Of a DNA stretch of 64,000 bases, positions 16,090 through 26,316 are shown in pieces (positions within the stretch are counted from its first letter, which is position 1; every line of letters starts with the position of its first letter). This DNA is from Bacteroidales bacterium (GTDB lineage Bacteria > Bacteroidota > Bacteroidia > Bacteroidales > UBA1402), in assembly GCA_028709215.1 (NCBI GenBank), contig JAQVXI010000004.1, positions 70,874-134,873 on the forward strand. The letters run 5' to 3'. The translations under genes were made by a program, and so were the position numbers. Below the pieces are notes generated by a model. That model ran no database searches, was not told the DNA's origin, and worked only from the letters and a program-made list of their open reading frames with translations.

Positions 16090-16833
16090 CTATTGTTGGA
16101 TTTGTTCACTGGTTTTTCCAAACCGTCTCTCTCGCATCTGATACTCGTAAATCGCGTCAAAAAATGCCTCTTTTCTAAATGCCGGCCAAGGAATATCGGT
16201 AAAATACAATTCTGCATAAGCCAATTGCCACATCAGAAAATTGCTGATTCGCAGCTCTCCTCCCGTACGGATCAACAAATCCGGATCCGGAAAATCACGG
16301 GTTGTCAAATACCGTTCAAACATCGACTCATCAAGATCCTCTGTACGAACCTTGCCCTGCAAAACCGATGCAGCCACAGCGCGCGCAGCCTCAACAATCT
16401 CCCAACGCGAGGAATAGCTCAAGGCGAGAATAAGCGTAAGTTCTGAACAGGATGAAGTTTCTGACATACACCAATTGGCCTTCTCAATCAAATCCTCCGG
16501 CAAACGGCTCATATCACCGATAATACGCAGACGAATTCCGTTATCGATCATATCGGGTGTTTCACGTTCAAGCGCATCGAGCATCAACGACATCAGACCA
16601 ATCACTTCTTCTTCAGGACGATTCCAGTTCTCGGTAGAAAACGTATAAAGGGTCATATACCGAATGCCCAATTCACGGGCAGCCTCCGTAATGACGCGTA
16701 CCGTAGACACACCCTCCATATGACCGTAAGAACGGTCTTTACCCAAACTTTTTGCCCATCGCCCATTTCCATCCATAATGATGGCCACGTGCTTTGGAAG
16801 TTTTGTTTTATCTATTTGATCAATCACCTTCAT
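16090..16833 (-). CDS. uppS: isoprenyl transferase (undecaprenyl-diphosphate synthase)
   Basis: 247 aa. Motifs HVAIIMDGNGRWA and RTGGELRISNFLLWQ-like (IRTGGELRISNFLMWQLAYAELYF). Confidence 0.93.
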   Translation of the reverse strand: MKVIDQIDKTKLPKHVAIIMDGNGRWAKSLGKDRSYGHMEGVSTVRVITEAARELGIRYMTLYTFSTENWNRPEEEVIGLMSLMLDALERETPDMIDNGIRLRIIGDMSRLPEDLIEKANWCMSETSSCSELTLILALSYSSRWEIVEAARAVAASVLQGKVRTEDLDESMFERYLTTRDFPDPDLLIRTGGELRISNFLMWQLAYAELYFTDIPWPAFRKEAFFDAIYEYQMRERRFGKTSEQIQQ

Positions 16834-17523
16834 TCAATTATAACAACATTTTGTCCCGGCAGCAAACAAATCGAACGTAAGCCTTAAAGACAATACAGAA
16901 TACCAATCCGAATTCTTTCCACCCACACCGTCAACGCCCATTGGATGACGCAATTGAAAGGCATCAAAAGGCTCCGCGGCATCCAAATCATCCGACGATA
17001 ATCTGCGCCAGGTCCAATCCAAATTGGCATTGAGCCTGGGTAAAACCTTCGCTTTTACCCCAACACCAAAAGGGATGGAAAAAGCCCATTGCCGCTGGTT
17101 CGTTTTATACGAACTTACGCCCACCCCAACGGATACATACGGACTGATCCAGGATGAGCCTTGCACATACGCCGGCATACCATATTCATAAAAATTCATT
17201 TCCAAGAGTACACCTACATCTTGTACCGATCGATCGAACGCCAACGTTCTTCCGTTCAGAAAAACAGACGGATCTGTCTCTACAGAACCCGAAACACGAG
17301 CGTTGTTTGCTTCTGCTCTCAGTGCAAAGCGCCCATTCAACGCATACCGACCAACCAGTCCGTACGACAATTCAGGGCTCGTAAACCATTCATGCATGTT
17401 GGCATCCCCCATGTAAGCCGATTGTCCCAAAGACAAGCCAACTTCCACCTTATACGCTTGCGCATACACTTGCGTGCACACACTCATCAACAAAACCAGC
17501 AGACCACATGCATTCTTTCTCAT
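16834..17523 (-). CDS. outer-membrane beta-barrel protein (DUF6089-like)
   Basis: 229 aa. Signal peptide and alternating beta-strand pattern. Its stop abuts the uppS start with zero gap. Confidence 0.6.
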   Translation of the reverse strand: MRKNACGLLVLLMSVCTQVYAQAYKVEVGLSLGQSAYMGDANMHEWFTSPELSYGLVGRYALNGRFALRAEANNARVSGSVETDPSVFLNGRTLAFDRSVQDVGVLLEMNFYEYGMPAYVQGSSWISPYVSVGVGVSSYKTNQRQWAFSIPFGVGVKAKVLPRLNANLDWTWRRLSSDDLDAAEPFDAFQLRHPMGVDGVGGKNSDWYSVLSLRLTFDLFAAGTKCCYN

Positions 17524-17610
17524 CTCATTCCGTTTGAACGTTCACGAATATCGGTTACTTCCTTAAACGTTCAAATGCGTCAAAACGTATTTCACTTCTG
17601 CCGTTTCGCA

Positions 17611-18999
17611 TCATCGACGCGCAAAAAGCATTTTATTCAAGTAAAACTTCCATACCGTTGTATGAAGTCCGAATTCATTTTGACCTCCAAAATACCAGAT
17701 AAACTCGTCGTAGACTCCTTCCTCGCTTGACTCCTTACGTTCTACATAGACCTGCCCTTCCGCCAGACCGGATAGCAACGGAGTAATGATCCACTGTTCC
17801 GGGGCTTCGCGCCAGGCACGTCCGTGATCTTTGGACACATACAGGATCGAATTGAAGGTACCGTCCTCCAAGCGACCACCCAAGCCAACCAATTGGTTGT
17901 CATAATAAAAGAAAGAGGCCCCATTCAAAGAAGGTAACTGCAACTTTTGGCCCAGACTCTTGTTGATCACGACCCAGTTCAGACCATCCTGTGTGGACCA
18001 TATACGCGTATTCTGACTGCCATCCGGGCATCGACCGCCACCGATGGTAAAAAACGGAACATTCGTTTCGGTCTTCCCAAAAACATCGGCATAATCCATT
18101 GCCGGAAAATCTTCCGTCAACGAGTCGCCAGCAAGCCACCGAGCAGCATCTGCAGTCTTTACAGGAACAAAATGCCCGTTAAGATCGGTCGCCATACCAA
18201 TCAGATAATCCGGCTCCGTTTCCACTTTGCTCTTCCGATCCAGTGATCCAAATAGGGCTGTCAGTTGTAGCGACGTACCTGGGATGGTATTACCGGCAAA
18301 CAAGGCCGTCCAAATCAATCCATCGCTGGAAACAAACGCTTGTCCATCAGCCGAAAGCACATACCAACGATCACGGTGTTGAACCAGAGATTCCAGTTTG
18401 ACCAAGGAAGGCAGACCGCTTACGCTTCGTACCGTATGCGTAGTCTCATCGACCAAATCGACCGCCTTCAGACCCGTAACCGGATCCATCCAATAGCTTC
18501 GGAATCCATTTACACCATGAGGGAAAGTCTTGTTCCTTGGAGCAATTTGAGGAAAAGACTCGGTCCAAACCTGATTCTGCATGGAGTCAGGATCCACTTG
18601 ATGCACACGTACATCAATGACGTACGTTCGAGTATGCTTGCCGTCCGCCGAAGTATTTCGAAGATAAACCGGCTTTGAAAAATCAATGGAATCTTTTTCT
18701 TCCCAAAGGGAGTCATTCAAATACAACGATCCATTGGAAGATTGCAACGTGATGCTGGGATAAAGCGTATCAATATCCGTCCCATAGGGAAGGGAATCCA
18801 AATTATAAATTCGGCTTCCCACTTGATCTATATTAAAGATATACGACTCAATCCCGGGAGCAGCCGTATGTGAGGCAAAGGAAAATGCCGTCACATTGGC
18901 AGCATAATAATTTTGTTCCTCGAAATCATCCCAGCACGATGAAAACAGACCTATGGTTACGACCAAGGCGACTAGATATCGGAGGCGTTGTTGTATCAT
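17611..18999 (-). CDS. hypothetical lipoprotein (repeat-rich, possibly beta-propeller)
   Basis: Track ORF trimmed to the ATG at 18999 (MIQQRLRYLVALVVTIGLFSSCWDD, with a lipobox). I recognise no catalytic motif. Confidence 0.5.
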   Translation of the reverse strand: MIQQRLRYLVALVVTIGLFSSCWDDFEEQNYYAANVTAFSFASHTAAPGIESYIFNIDQVGSRIYNLDSLPYGTDIDTLYPSITLQSSNGSLYLNDSLWEEKDSIDFSKPVYLRNTSADGKHTRTYVIDVRVHQVDPDSMQNQVWTESFPQIAPRNKTFPHGVNGFRSYWMDPVTGLKAVDLVDETTHTVRSVSGLPSLVKLESLVQHRDRWYVLSADGQAFVSSDGLIWTALFAGNTIPGTSLQLTALFGSLDRKSKVETEPDYLIGMATDLNGHFVPVKTADAARWLAGDSLTEDFPAMDYADVFGKTETNVPFFTIGGGRCPDGSQNTRIWSTQDGLNWVVINKSLGQKLQLPSLNGASFFYYDNQLVGLGGRLEDGTFNSILYVSKDHGRAWREAPEQWIITPLLSGLAEGQVYVERKESSEEGVYDEFIWYFGGQNEFGLHTTVWKFYLNKMLFARR

Positions 19000-19085
19000 G
19001 AAATTTCTATAATATCCGCATTTAATCAGCAAAATTAGTAAGATTTTTATCTTTTATTTGATGCAAGTGCAAGTTTTATGAAAAA

Positions 19086-20192
19086 TTAGGCATCCGTTAG
19101 TCGAATCACACTATGTGGAGCCCGATATATTTTCCGTTTTCTCAACCGATCCCCTGCTCCAAATTGCTCCTCTTTGACCAAATGCGCATTCAATCCGTGC
19201 AAATCCGGTGCGGCTACACCGCGTCCGATCTCTGATGGTCCCACTTCAACATGTATTTCGTCCCACAATCCGGACTGCAAAAATGATTCATGCATACGTG
19301 CCCCCCCTTCAACCAACACGGAAAGACATTTACGTTCATACAAGGTTTTTAACACTTGAGGTAAGGTCTCCTGATTGGGATCCAAAAGCACAAAAGAAAC
19401 GCCGGGAATGGGGTCACAGGCTTTTTCCGTAAACACCAAGGTAGGGCAACTGCCATCAAATAGATGAAGATCCGTAGACAGGATTCGTTTTCGATCCAAC
19501 ACCACTCGTATGGGATTCTTTCCACTCCAATCCCGCACGTTCAGTTTTGGATTGTCTAAAATAGCCGTTCTTGTCCCAACAAGAATGGCATCTTCCTCCG
19601 CACGGTCCCGATGCGTCAACACCCGCATAAACGGAGAGGAAATCATTAATGGAAGCTGAGCATCCCCATGCGCACGCACATGATCCAAAAAACCATCCGA
19701 AGTCTGCGCCCATTTCAGGATGACATACGGTCGTTTGTGCGCATGGTATGTAAAAAAACGACGATTCAACTCCAAGCAAGCATCCCATTCTACCCCTACG
19801 CGCACATCAACACCGGCTGCTATCAAGCGATTGACGCCTCTGCCTGCCACCAGGGGGAAAACATCCAGCGAGCCAACAACGACACGAGGAATTTTCTTCT
19901 CCAAAATCAAATCCACACAAGGTGGCGTCTTCCCATGATGCGAACACGGTTCTAAATTAACGTACAATGTAGAAGCAGACAAGCGTTCCTGTTGCTGCAC
20001 CGATCGGATCGCAATGGGTTCTGCATGGGGTCCCCCGGCTTTTTGATGCCAACCTTCGCCAATGATTTGTCCATTCCATACCACCACGGCACCGACCATC
20101 GGATTCGGTGTGCAACTGCCCCTGCCGTTTGCAGCCAATTGCAAACAACGACGCATATACATTTGATCCAGTTCGTGTTGTGTTTGCTGCAT
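19086..20192 (-). CDS. ribD: bifunctional riboflavin biosynthesis protein RibD (deaminase/reductase)
   Basis: 368 aa. Deaminase zinc motifs HAEPIAI and EPCSHHGKTPPC. C-terminal reductase domain. Confidence 0.92.
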   Translation of the reverse strand: MQQTQHELDQMYMRRCLQLAANGRGSCTPNPMVGAVVVWNGQIIGEGWHQKAGGPHAEPIAIRSVQQQERLSASTLYVNLEPCSHHGKTPPCVDLILEKKIPRVVVGSLDVFPLVAGRGVNRLIAAGVDVRVGVEWDACLELNRRFFTYHAHKRPYVILKWAQTSDGFLDHVRAHGDAQLPLMISSPFMRVLTHRDRAEEDAILVGTRTAILDNPKLNVRDWSGKNPIRVVLDRKRILSTDLHLFDGSCPTLVFTEKACDPIPGVSFVLLDPNQETLPQVLKTLYERKCLSVLVEGGARMHESFLQSGLWDEIHVEVGPSEIGRGVAAPDLHGLNAHLVKEEQFGAGDRLRKRKIYRAPHSVIRLTDA

Positions 20193-20228
20193 TTTCTGTC
20201 AAAATTTTTAATATTCTCAAAAAATCCG

Positions 20229-20236
20229 TAGATTTG
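20229..20236 (+). promoter_or_regulatory. -7 promoter box (TAGATTTG) for prmC
   Basis: Matches TAnnTTTG, 18 nt upstream of the ATG at 20254. Confidence 0.4.
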
Positions 20237-20253
20237 TAAACTAATTGTTAATT

Positions 20254-21105
20254 ATGCAACGAGCCAACGAATACATAAACCGACAGCTGAGCAGTCAATA
20301 TACTCAACGGGAGCAAACCGCTTTGATGCGGAGAATGCTTGAACACCTTGCGGGATGGACGCACAGCCAAATCTACGTCGACAAAGATACAAAATTAGAT
20401 GATGCAACATGGCATTTACTGAAGACGGCCATTGATCGACTCAAATCCGGTGAACCCATACAATACATTCTTGGATTCGCGCCTTTCTACGGGCTTTCGT
20501 TTCGTGTTGACCGACGCGTCCTGATCCCAAGGCCCGAAACCGAAGAATTGGTCGACGATGCCATTCGTCTGATGCAATCGGCCAAAGGCAACGACCTACG
20601 CTGCCTGGATCTGTGCACCGGGAGCGGCTGCATCGCCATCAGCCTCGCCAAGCACCTACCTGCAAAAATTGACGCATGGGACATTTCAACCGATGCGCTG
20701 GATGTCGCTGCAACCAATGCAACCTTACTCAATACCCGGGTACAATTCTCAAAACAGGATGTACTCATTCCCTTTGAACGCACGGAAGGCCAACCGATCT
20801 ACGATTTGATGATCAGCAACCCTCCCTACGTCCTGAATCAGGAAAAAATGGACATGTCCAAAGGGGTCTATGATTTTGAACCGAATATGGCCTTGTTTGT
20901 GCCCGATTCCGATCCCATTCTTTTCTATCGTGCACTGGGCAAATGGGCAGAAAGCTGGTTGCGACCCGGCGGATGGCTTCTGATGGAAATCAATCCTCTA
21001 AAACACGAAGCACTGATGCAACATTTCAACGATGGCCGATTCAGTGGAACTTGGTCAAAAAAAGACCTCTATGGAAAAAACCGTTTTATTCACGTTCAAA
21101 AATGA
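20254..21105 (+). CDS. prmC: peptide chain release factor N5-glutamine methyltransferase
   Basis: Trimmed to the ATG at 20254 (MQRANEYI...). Motifs LDLCTGSGCIAISLA and ISNPPY. Confidence 0.9.
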   Translation: MQRANEYINRQLSSQYTQREQTALMRRMLEHLAGWTHSQIYVDKDTKLDDATWHLLKTAIDRLKSGEPIQYILGFAPFYGLSFRVDRRVLIPRPETEELVDDAIRLMQSAKGNDLRCLDLCTGSGCIAISLAKHLPAKIDAWDISTDALDVAATNATLLNTRVQFSKQDVLIPFERTEGQPIYDLMISNPPYVLNQEKMDMSKGVYDFEPNMALFVPDSDPILFYRALGKWAESWLRPGGWLLMEINPLKHEALMQHFNDGRFSGTWSKKDLYGKNRFIHVQK

Positions 21106-21602
21106 GCACAACCCCCTTTGAAGAAGCTTATATTGCAGCCAGCAGACGTTGTTCCCGATCGGAACAATGCGCTTCTGACCTTAAAACCAAGCTAAAAGCG
21201 TATGAATTGAGCGAGTCGGAATGGGAAAAGTTGTTCGAGCGGCTTACCGCAGAAAACTATCTTGACGAAACACGCTATTGCTATGCATTTATAAACGACC
21301 ACATCCGATTGAGCAAATGGGGCAAGCGTAAAATCATACTGGCTTTACGCACAAAAGGACTTAACCCCGCTTCGTTCCAACATATGCTGGATGACATCGA
21401 TGAATCCGAATACAAAAAGGGCTTGATGGAACTATTAAAGAAACAACACAGCCTCAATCAAAAGAAACCCCACATGCATCAAAAACAAAAACTCTTCCAA
21501 TTTGCCTTGCAGCGTGGCTTTGAGCCCAACCTTATCCAGCAATGCGTAAATAGTATCATCGGTCCAACCAATGCCTTCGATGAAGAATTACAAGACTTCT
21601 AA
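21102..21602 (+). CDS. recX: regulatory protein RecX
   Basis: Trimmed to the ATG at 21102 (ATGA overlap with the prmC stop): MSTTPFEEAYIAASRRCSRSEQCASDLKTKL... Helical-repeat pattern typical of RecX. Confidence 0.75.
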   Translation: MSTTPFEEAYIAASRRCSRSEQCASDLKTKLKAYELSESEWEKLFERLTAENYLDETRYCYAFINDHIRLSKWGKRKIILALRTKGLNPASFQHMLDDIDESEYKKGLMELLKKQHSLNQKKPHMHQKQKLFQFALQRGFEPNLIQQCVNSIIGPTNAFDEELQDF

Positions 21603-22293
21603 TCTGGCCCGCATCGCTACTGCCGTACGCGATTTTCTTTATCCGGAAGTGTGTACGGCTTGCGGTCGATTGCTCGTTGAGGGCGAACATCATCTCTGCC
21701 ACCATTGCCTTTACTCGTTACCCGCCGCCTACAACGGGAACTTTTACGAGAATGAAATGGCAGAACGCTTCTATGGAAAAATCGATTTTAAAAAAGCAGC
21801 CTACGGATTTGTATACCAAAAAGAATCCCTATTCCAGCAACTGATGGAAGCACTCAAATACAAAGGTGAACGGGAAATTGGAGAACAACTGGGTCTGTAT
21901 GTTGGTGCAAAACTGCGGCGAGAAGGCTTCTTTGAAGACATCGACTGCATCATTCCCGTCCCCTTACATCCCAAACGATTGCATTCAAGAGGCTACAATC
22001 AAAGCTGGTGGATTGCCAAAGGCTTATCAGACCAATCCCATCGAATCATAGAGGATCAGCTGTTGAAACGCGTTGTCAACAACAGCAGTCAAACGACACG
22101 CTCCATTAAAGCCCGTTGGGACAACACAAAAAATATCTTTGCGTGTGACTATTCCGATACGCTTCAACACAAACACATCCTATTGGTTGACGATGTGGTC
22201 ACCAGCGGATCAACCCTTGAAACCTGCGCTACAAGCATTCAGAAGCATCACGACGTCCAAATTTCCTTCTTTGCCTTAGGCATGGCCAAATAG
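21571..22293 (+). CDS. comF: ComF-family phosphoribosyltransferase-domain protein
   Basis: 240 aa. N-terminal zinc ribbon (CTACGRLL...HLCHHCL). C-terminal PRTase motif ILLVDDVVTSGSTL. Confidence 0.8.
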   Translation: MPSMKNYKTSNLARIATAVRDFLYPEVCTACGRLLVEGEHHLCHHCLYSLPAAYNGNFYENEMAERFYGKIDFKKAAYGFVYQKESLFQQLMEALKYKGEREIGEQLGLYVGAKLRREGFFEDIDCIIPVPLHPKRLHSRGYNQSWWIAKGLSDQSHRIIEDQLLKRVVNNSSQTTRSIKARWDNTKNIFACDYSDTLQHKHILLVDDVVTSGSTLETCATSIQKHHDVQISFFALGMAK

Positions 22294-22341
22294 TTGCAAA
22301 TCAGCGATAAATATTGTATTTTCGTTGAACACTTTCATTCG

Positions 22342-23661
22342 ATGACCGACATGATGACACGTAACACAACACTCACGATTGCATTTAGTATCCTCGTGCT
22401 CACCTCCATCCATGCACAGAAGCAAAAAAAAAGCGGAAAAAACCTGGGCGCAATCCCAGCTGTATCCTACAACTCCGATGAAGGTTTCCAGTATGGCGCT
22501 GTTCTCAACCTCTTTGATTACGGCGATGGCAGTCGCTACCCGGCCTATGATTATTCCGCCTACCTTGAAGCTTCTGCATACACCAAAGGAAGCCAATTGC
22601 TCCGTTTTTTCTACGATACAGAACAATGGATCCCAGGCATTCGAAGTTTTTTTGATCTAAGCTACAAAAATGACTACATGATGGATTTTTACGGCTATAA
22701 CGGCTACCAAACCATCTACAATCAGACTACGGAAGCAAGCAACCGCGCATTTTACAAAATGAGACAACGGCAATTCAGTCTATTGGCCGATTTCAAAGGG
22801 AAACTACCCCTGGAGCACCTGAACTGGCTAGCCAGTTACAACCTATACAATTACAAAAACGGAGACGTTGATGTGAATCGTTTGAACGAAGGCGTGTCTC
22901 CTCTAGATCCGGACTATCTTGATGGGAGCTCACTCTATGATCACTATGTAGACTGGGGGCTGATCGGGCCAAACGAAGCGGAGGGCGGATGGGTACATGC
23001 TTTTAAAGCAGGCATCCTATACGACAGCCGACCGGAACGCAACAACCCGAGTCGGGGCCTGTACACAGAACTCATGCTGGAATTCGCCCCAAACATACTA
23101 AACAAAATGCCCTACTTGCGTTACGGATTTGTGCATAGACAGTACGTTGGGCTCATCCCCAAAAAGCTGAACGCAGCCATTCGCATCGGCACTCAAGGCA
23201 AACTGGGAGACAACGCCATCCCCTTTTTTAGAAAACCGGGGTTGATTTCCCCCTTTTCTACCCGCACCTCTATAACCGGATTGGGGGGCGCAAACAGCCT
23301 TCGTGGCATCCTTCGCAACCGCGTCGTAAGCGATGGTTTTGCTTACACAAACGTTGAATTGCGGTGGAGAATCCTCGATTTCTCACTGATTGGACAGGAT
23401 TTTTATCTCGGAATAAACGGATTTTACGATGCCGGCATGGTTACCGATGCGGTACAGCTTTCGTTGGATCAGCTCAACACTTCCGATCGGGCAACCTATT
23501 TTTCCGAAACAAACGTGCACAGCCTGCATCAAAGCGTCGGAGGAGGGCTTAAGGCTGCCATGAATGAAAATTTCATCCTTTCGGCAGAGGCCGGAAAAGC
23601 CTTGGACAAAAGAGACGGGGACCGTTTAAGCATTTACATCAACTTAAACTATTTGTTTTAA
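22342..23661 (+). CDS. BamA/Omp85-like outer membrane beta-barrel protein
   Basis: Trimmed to the ATG at 22342 (MTDMMTRNTTLTIAFSILVLTSIHAQ). Aromatic-rich beta-strand pattern. C-terminal ...IYINLNYLF. Confidence 0.6.
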   Translation: MTDMMTRNTTLTIAFSILVLTSIHAQKQKKSGKNLGAIPAVSYNSDEGFQYGAVLNLFDYGDGSRYPAYDYSAYLEASAYTKGSQLLRFFYDTEQWIPGIRSFFDLSYKNDYMMDFYGYNGYQTIYNQTTEASNRAFYKMRQRQFSLLADFKGKLPLEHLNWLASYNLYNYKNGDVDVNRLNEGVSPLDPDYLDGSSLYDHYVDWGLIGPNEAEGGWVHAFKAGILYDSRPERNNPSRGLYTELMLEFAPNILNKMPYLRYGFVHRQYVGLIPKKLNAAIRIGTQGKLGDNAIPFFRKPGLISPFSTRTSITGLGGANSLRGILRNRVVSDGFAYTNVELRWRILDFSLIGQDFYLGINGFYDAGMVTDAVQLSLDQLNTSDRATYFSETNVHSLHQSVGGGLKAAMNENFILSAEAGKALDKRDGDRLSIYINLNYLF

Positions 23662-23714
23662 AATATCTTACGTTTATTTAAATCGATTAAAAGGGTGAAT
23701 CAGAAATCAATGTG

Positions 23715-23722
23715 TACTTTTG
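23715..23722 (+). promoter_or_regulatory. -7 promoter box (TACTTTTG) for pyrE
   Basis: Matches TAnnTTTG, 61 nt upstream of the ATG at 23783. Confidence 0.4.
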
Positions 23723-23782
23723 CAAAGAAATTCGAGTGATTGCTCTTGAAACGGGTCAATGATTGACATAAAAACTAAGAAA

Positions 23783-24418
23783 ATGAAGAAGTTAGAACGT
23801 TTGGTTGCCTCAAAACTGGTAAAAATTAAGGCGATAAAATTACAACCATCCAATCCATTCACATGGGCATCGGGCTGGAAATCGCCCATCTACTGCGACA
23901 ATCGAAAAACCTTATCATACCCTGCCCTTCGTAACTTCATCAAATTGGAGCTTGCACGCATCATTCGTGAAAAATACGAAGAAGTAGATGCCATTGCAGG
24001 TGTTGCGACCGGTGCCATCGCCCAAGGCGCAATGGTTGCAGAAGAATTGGGACTGCCCTTTGTCTACGTGCGTTCTTCACCAAAAGATCACGGACTGGAA
24101 AACATGATCGAAGGCGATCTGAAACCGGGCATGAAAGTGGTCGTGATCGAAGATTTAATCTCAACAGGAGGCAGCAGCCTAAAAGCCGTTGAAGCCATTC
24201 GCGCAGACGGTAGTCAGGTCATTGGCATGCTGGCCATCTTCACCTACGGATTCCCGGTAGCAGAAGAAGCGTTCAAAAAAGCCAAAGTCGAACTAACCAC
24301 CTTAAGCAATTACGAAGCAGTGCTTGAAATGGCCGTATCATCCAATTTTATCCACGAGTCTGAATTGCTCACCTTACAAGAATGGAGAAAGTCACCTGCA
24401 ACCTGGTCTCCCAAATAA
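23783..24418 (+). CDS. pyrE: orotate phosphoribosyltransferase
   Basis: Trimmed to the ATG at 23783 (MKKLERLVASKL...). PRPP-binding motif VVVIEDLISTGGSS. Confidence 0.9.
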   Translation: MKKLERLVASKLVKIKAIKLQPSNPFTWASGWKSPIYCDNRKTLSYPALRNFIKLELARIIREKYEEVDAIAGVATGAIAQGAMVAEELGLPFVYVRSSPKDHGLENMIEGDLKPGMKVVVIEDLISTGGSSLKAVEAIRADGSQVIGMLAIFTYGFPVAEEAFKKAKVELTTLSNYEAVLEMAVSSNFIHESELLTLQEWRKSPATWSPK

Positions 24419-24431
24419 ATCCACAGCCAAA

Positions 24432-24842
24432 ATGACGGAATTTACCAGCGAAGTTCAAACCATTCACTACTCAGCAGAACGCGTGTTTGAACGCCTGTCC
24501 GATTTAAATCAATTGGACCAGTTGAAAGCATCCTTACCCGCCGATAAAGTTTCTAATTTTTCGTGCGACCGAGATTCGTGCCAATTCAACGTCAGCCCGG
24601 TGGGTCAGATCTCCGTACGGGTCATCGAACGCGAGCCATTCAAAACCATCAAACTCACCTCCGAAAAATCACCCATTTCGTTTACGGCATGGGTGCAATT
24701 GAAAGCACTTGCTCCCGATGATACCCGATTGAAGCTAACCATACAGGCAGACATTCCATTCATGCTCAAAGGAATGGTTCAAAAACCCCTTCAGGAGGGC
24801 ATACAAAAGGCTGCCGAATTTTTGGCAGGCATCAGCTACTAA
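24432..24842 (+). CDS. SRPBCC (START/polyketide-cyclase-like) family protein
   Basis: Trimmed to the ATG at 24432 (MTEFTSEVQTIHYSAERVFERLSDLN...). Size of ~136 aa and sequence pattern are consistent with the family. Confidence 0.55.
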   Translation: MTEFTSEVQTIHYSAERVFERLSDLNQLDQLKASLPADKVSNFSCDRDSCQFNVSPVGQISVRVIEREPFKTIKLTSEKSPISFTAWVQLKALAPDDTRLKLTIQADIPFMLKGMVQKPLQEGIQKAAEFLAGISY

Positions 24843-24859
24843 TTCGAAATTCAACAAAT

Positions 24860-26197
24860 ATGAGCAAACTTTGGGAAAAAGAAACAAAAGTAGACCTGAA
24901 CATCGAACGTTACACCATCGGAAAAGATGCAGAAATGGACATGTATCTTGCCAAATACGATGTACTTGGCTCAATGGCTCATATTCGCATGCTTGAGTCT
25001 GTCGGACTGTTGGAAAAGGACGAACTGACGGTTTTAATCCAAGCACTCAATTGCATTCTTGAAGACATCGAAAAGGGAGACTTTTCCATCGAAAAGGGCG
25101 TTGAAGACATCCATTCACAAGTGGAAATGCTGCTTACGCAGCGACTGGGAGACCTGGGTAAAAAAATCCACAGCGGACGTTCGAGAAACGACCAAGTGCT
25201 TCTAGACCTCAAATTATTTACGCGCTCCGCCATCAAACAACTTCACGATGCTGTTTCGGATTTGTTTGAGACCCTCATCGCACAAAGCGAAAAATACGCG
25301 ACCACACTTTTACCGGGCTATACCCACCTCCAAATTGCGATGCCATCCTCCTTTGGATTGTGGTTTGGCGCCTATGCCGAGTCCTTGATTGACGATCTTG
25401 AATTGTTGGAAGCCGCCTACCGAATATGCAATAAGAATCCGCTCGGATCGGCTGCCGGTTATGGTTCCTCCTTTCCGCTCAATCGTCAAATGACCACCGA
25501 CCTACTCGGCTTTGACCAACTCAATTACAACGTAGTATACGCTCAAATGGGACGGGGCAAAATGGAACGATCGGTCTCATTTGCGCTCGCATCCATCGCA
25601 TCCACGCTTTCAAAACTGGCCTACGATGCCTGTCTGTATTCCAGTCAAAACTTTGGATTCATTCAATTGGCAGATGCTTTTACAACGGGCTCGAGCATTA
25701 TGCCACACAAAAAAAACCCGGATGTCTTTGAGCTGACACGCGCCAAATGCAATAAGATTCAAAGCCTACCCTTTCAAATCAACGGCATTGTAAACAATTT
25801 GCCTTCGGGCTATTTTCGTGACCTTCAAATCATCAAAGAAATCTTCCTACCGTCTTTTGATGAATTGATTGACTGCATTCGCATGACGGATCGCATGATG
25901 CAGCAGATTCACATCAACGAGCACATTCTGGATGATCCCAAATATGCACTTATGTTTAGTGTGGAAGAAGTCAACCGACGCACACTCTCCGGAACTCCTT
26001 TTCGTGATGCGTACAAACAGGTTGGGCTGGAAATAGAATCCGGACAATTCAACTACGAAGGCACACTCAAGCACAGTCACGAAGGAAGCATTGGAAATCT
26101 GTGTACAGAGGCCATTGTACGCTCCAAACAAGAAGTCACCCACAAGTTTGGTTTTGAAAAAGCCATCGAAGCAGAAAAACGGGTTCGTGTTTTGTAA
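24860..26197 (+). CDS. argH: argininosuccinate lyase
   Basis: 445 aa. Fumarate-lyase signature GSSIMPHKKNPD, plus HSGRSRNDQV. Confidence 0.93.
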   Translation: MSKLWEKETKVDLNIERYTIGKDAEMDMYLAKYDVLGSMAHIRMLESVGLLEKDELTVLIQALNCILEDIEKGDFSIEKGVEDIHSQVEMLLTQRLGDLGKKIHSGRSRNDQVLLDLKLFTRSAIKQLHDAVSDLFETLIAQSEKYATTLLPGYTHLQIAMPSSFGLWFGAYAESLIDDLELLEAAYRICNKNPLGSAAGYGSSFPLNRQMTTDLLGFDQLNYNVVYAQMGRGKMERSVSFALASIASTLSKLAYDACLYSSQNFGFIQLADAFTTGSSIMPHKKNPDVFELTRAKCNKIQSLPFQINGIVNNLPSGYFRDLQIIKEIFLPSFDELIDCIRMTDRMMQQIHINEHILDDPKYALMFSVEEVNRRTLSGTPFRDAYKQVGLEIESGQFNYEGTLKHSHEGSIGNLCTEAIVRSKQEVTHKFGFEKAIEAEKRVRVL

Positions 26198-26225
26198 GCG
26201 AACCACACAAAGACACCACCCTCAT

Positions 26226-26274
26226 AAAAAAAGTGCCTCAAATCTCTACGGTTTCCCGCTTTGATTTGAGGCAC
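26226..26274 (-). terminator. intrinsic terminator oriented for the minus strand, with no annotated minus-strand gene feeding it
   Basis: 12-bp perfect stem GTGCCTCAAATC (26233-26244) pairs with GATTTGAGGCAC (26263-26274). The A7 run at 26226-26232 reads as T7 directly after the hairpin on the minus strand. There is no T-run after the hairpin on the plus strand. Confidence 0.6.
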
Positions 26275-26316
26275 ATCCACTCCATAAAAGACTCCACTAC
26301 TTCTCTTTCGTTATTA

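Noticed and set aside
20193-20253. Looked for an FMN riboswitch upstream of ribD
   Set aside because: The divergent spacer is only about 60 nt, too short for an FMN element, and it shows no conserved stem pattern.
20943-21101. N-terminal extension of the recX track ORF (and similar extensions for bamA 16068-16217, pyrE, the SRPBCC gene, gltX and the PAP2 gene)
   Set aside because: The extensions overlap the preceding gene or a promoter box. Internal ATGs give N-termini that match family expectations.
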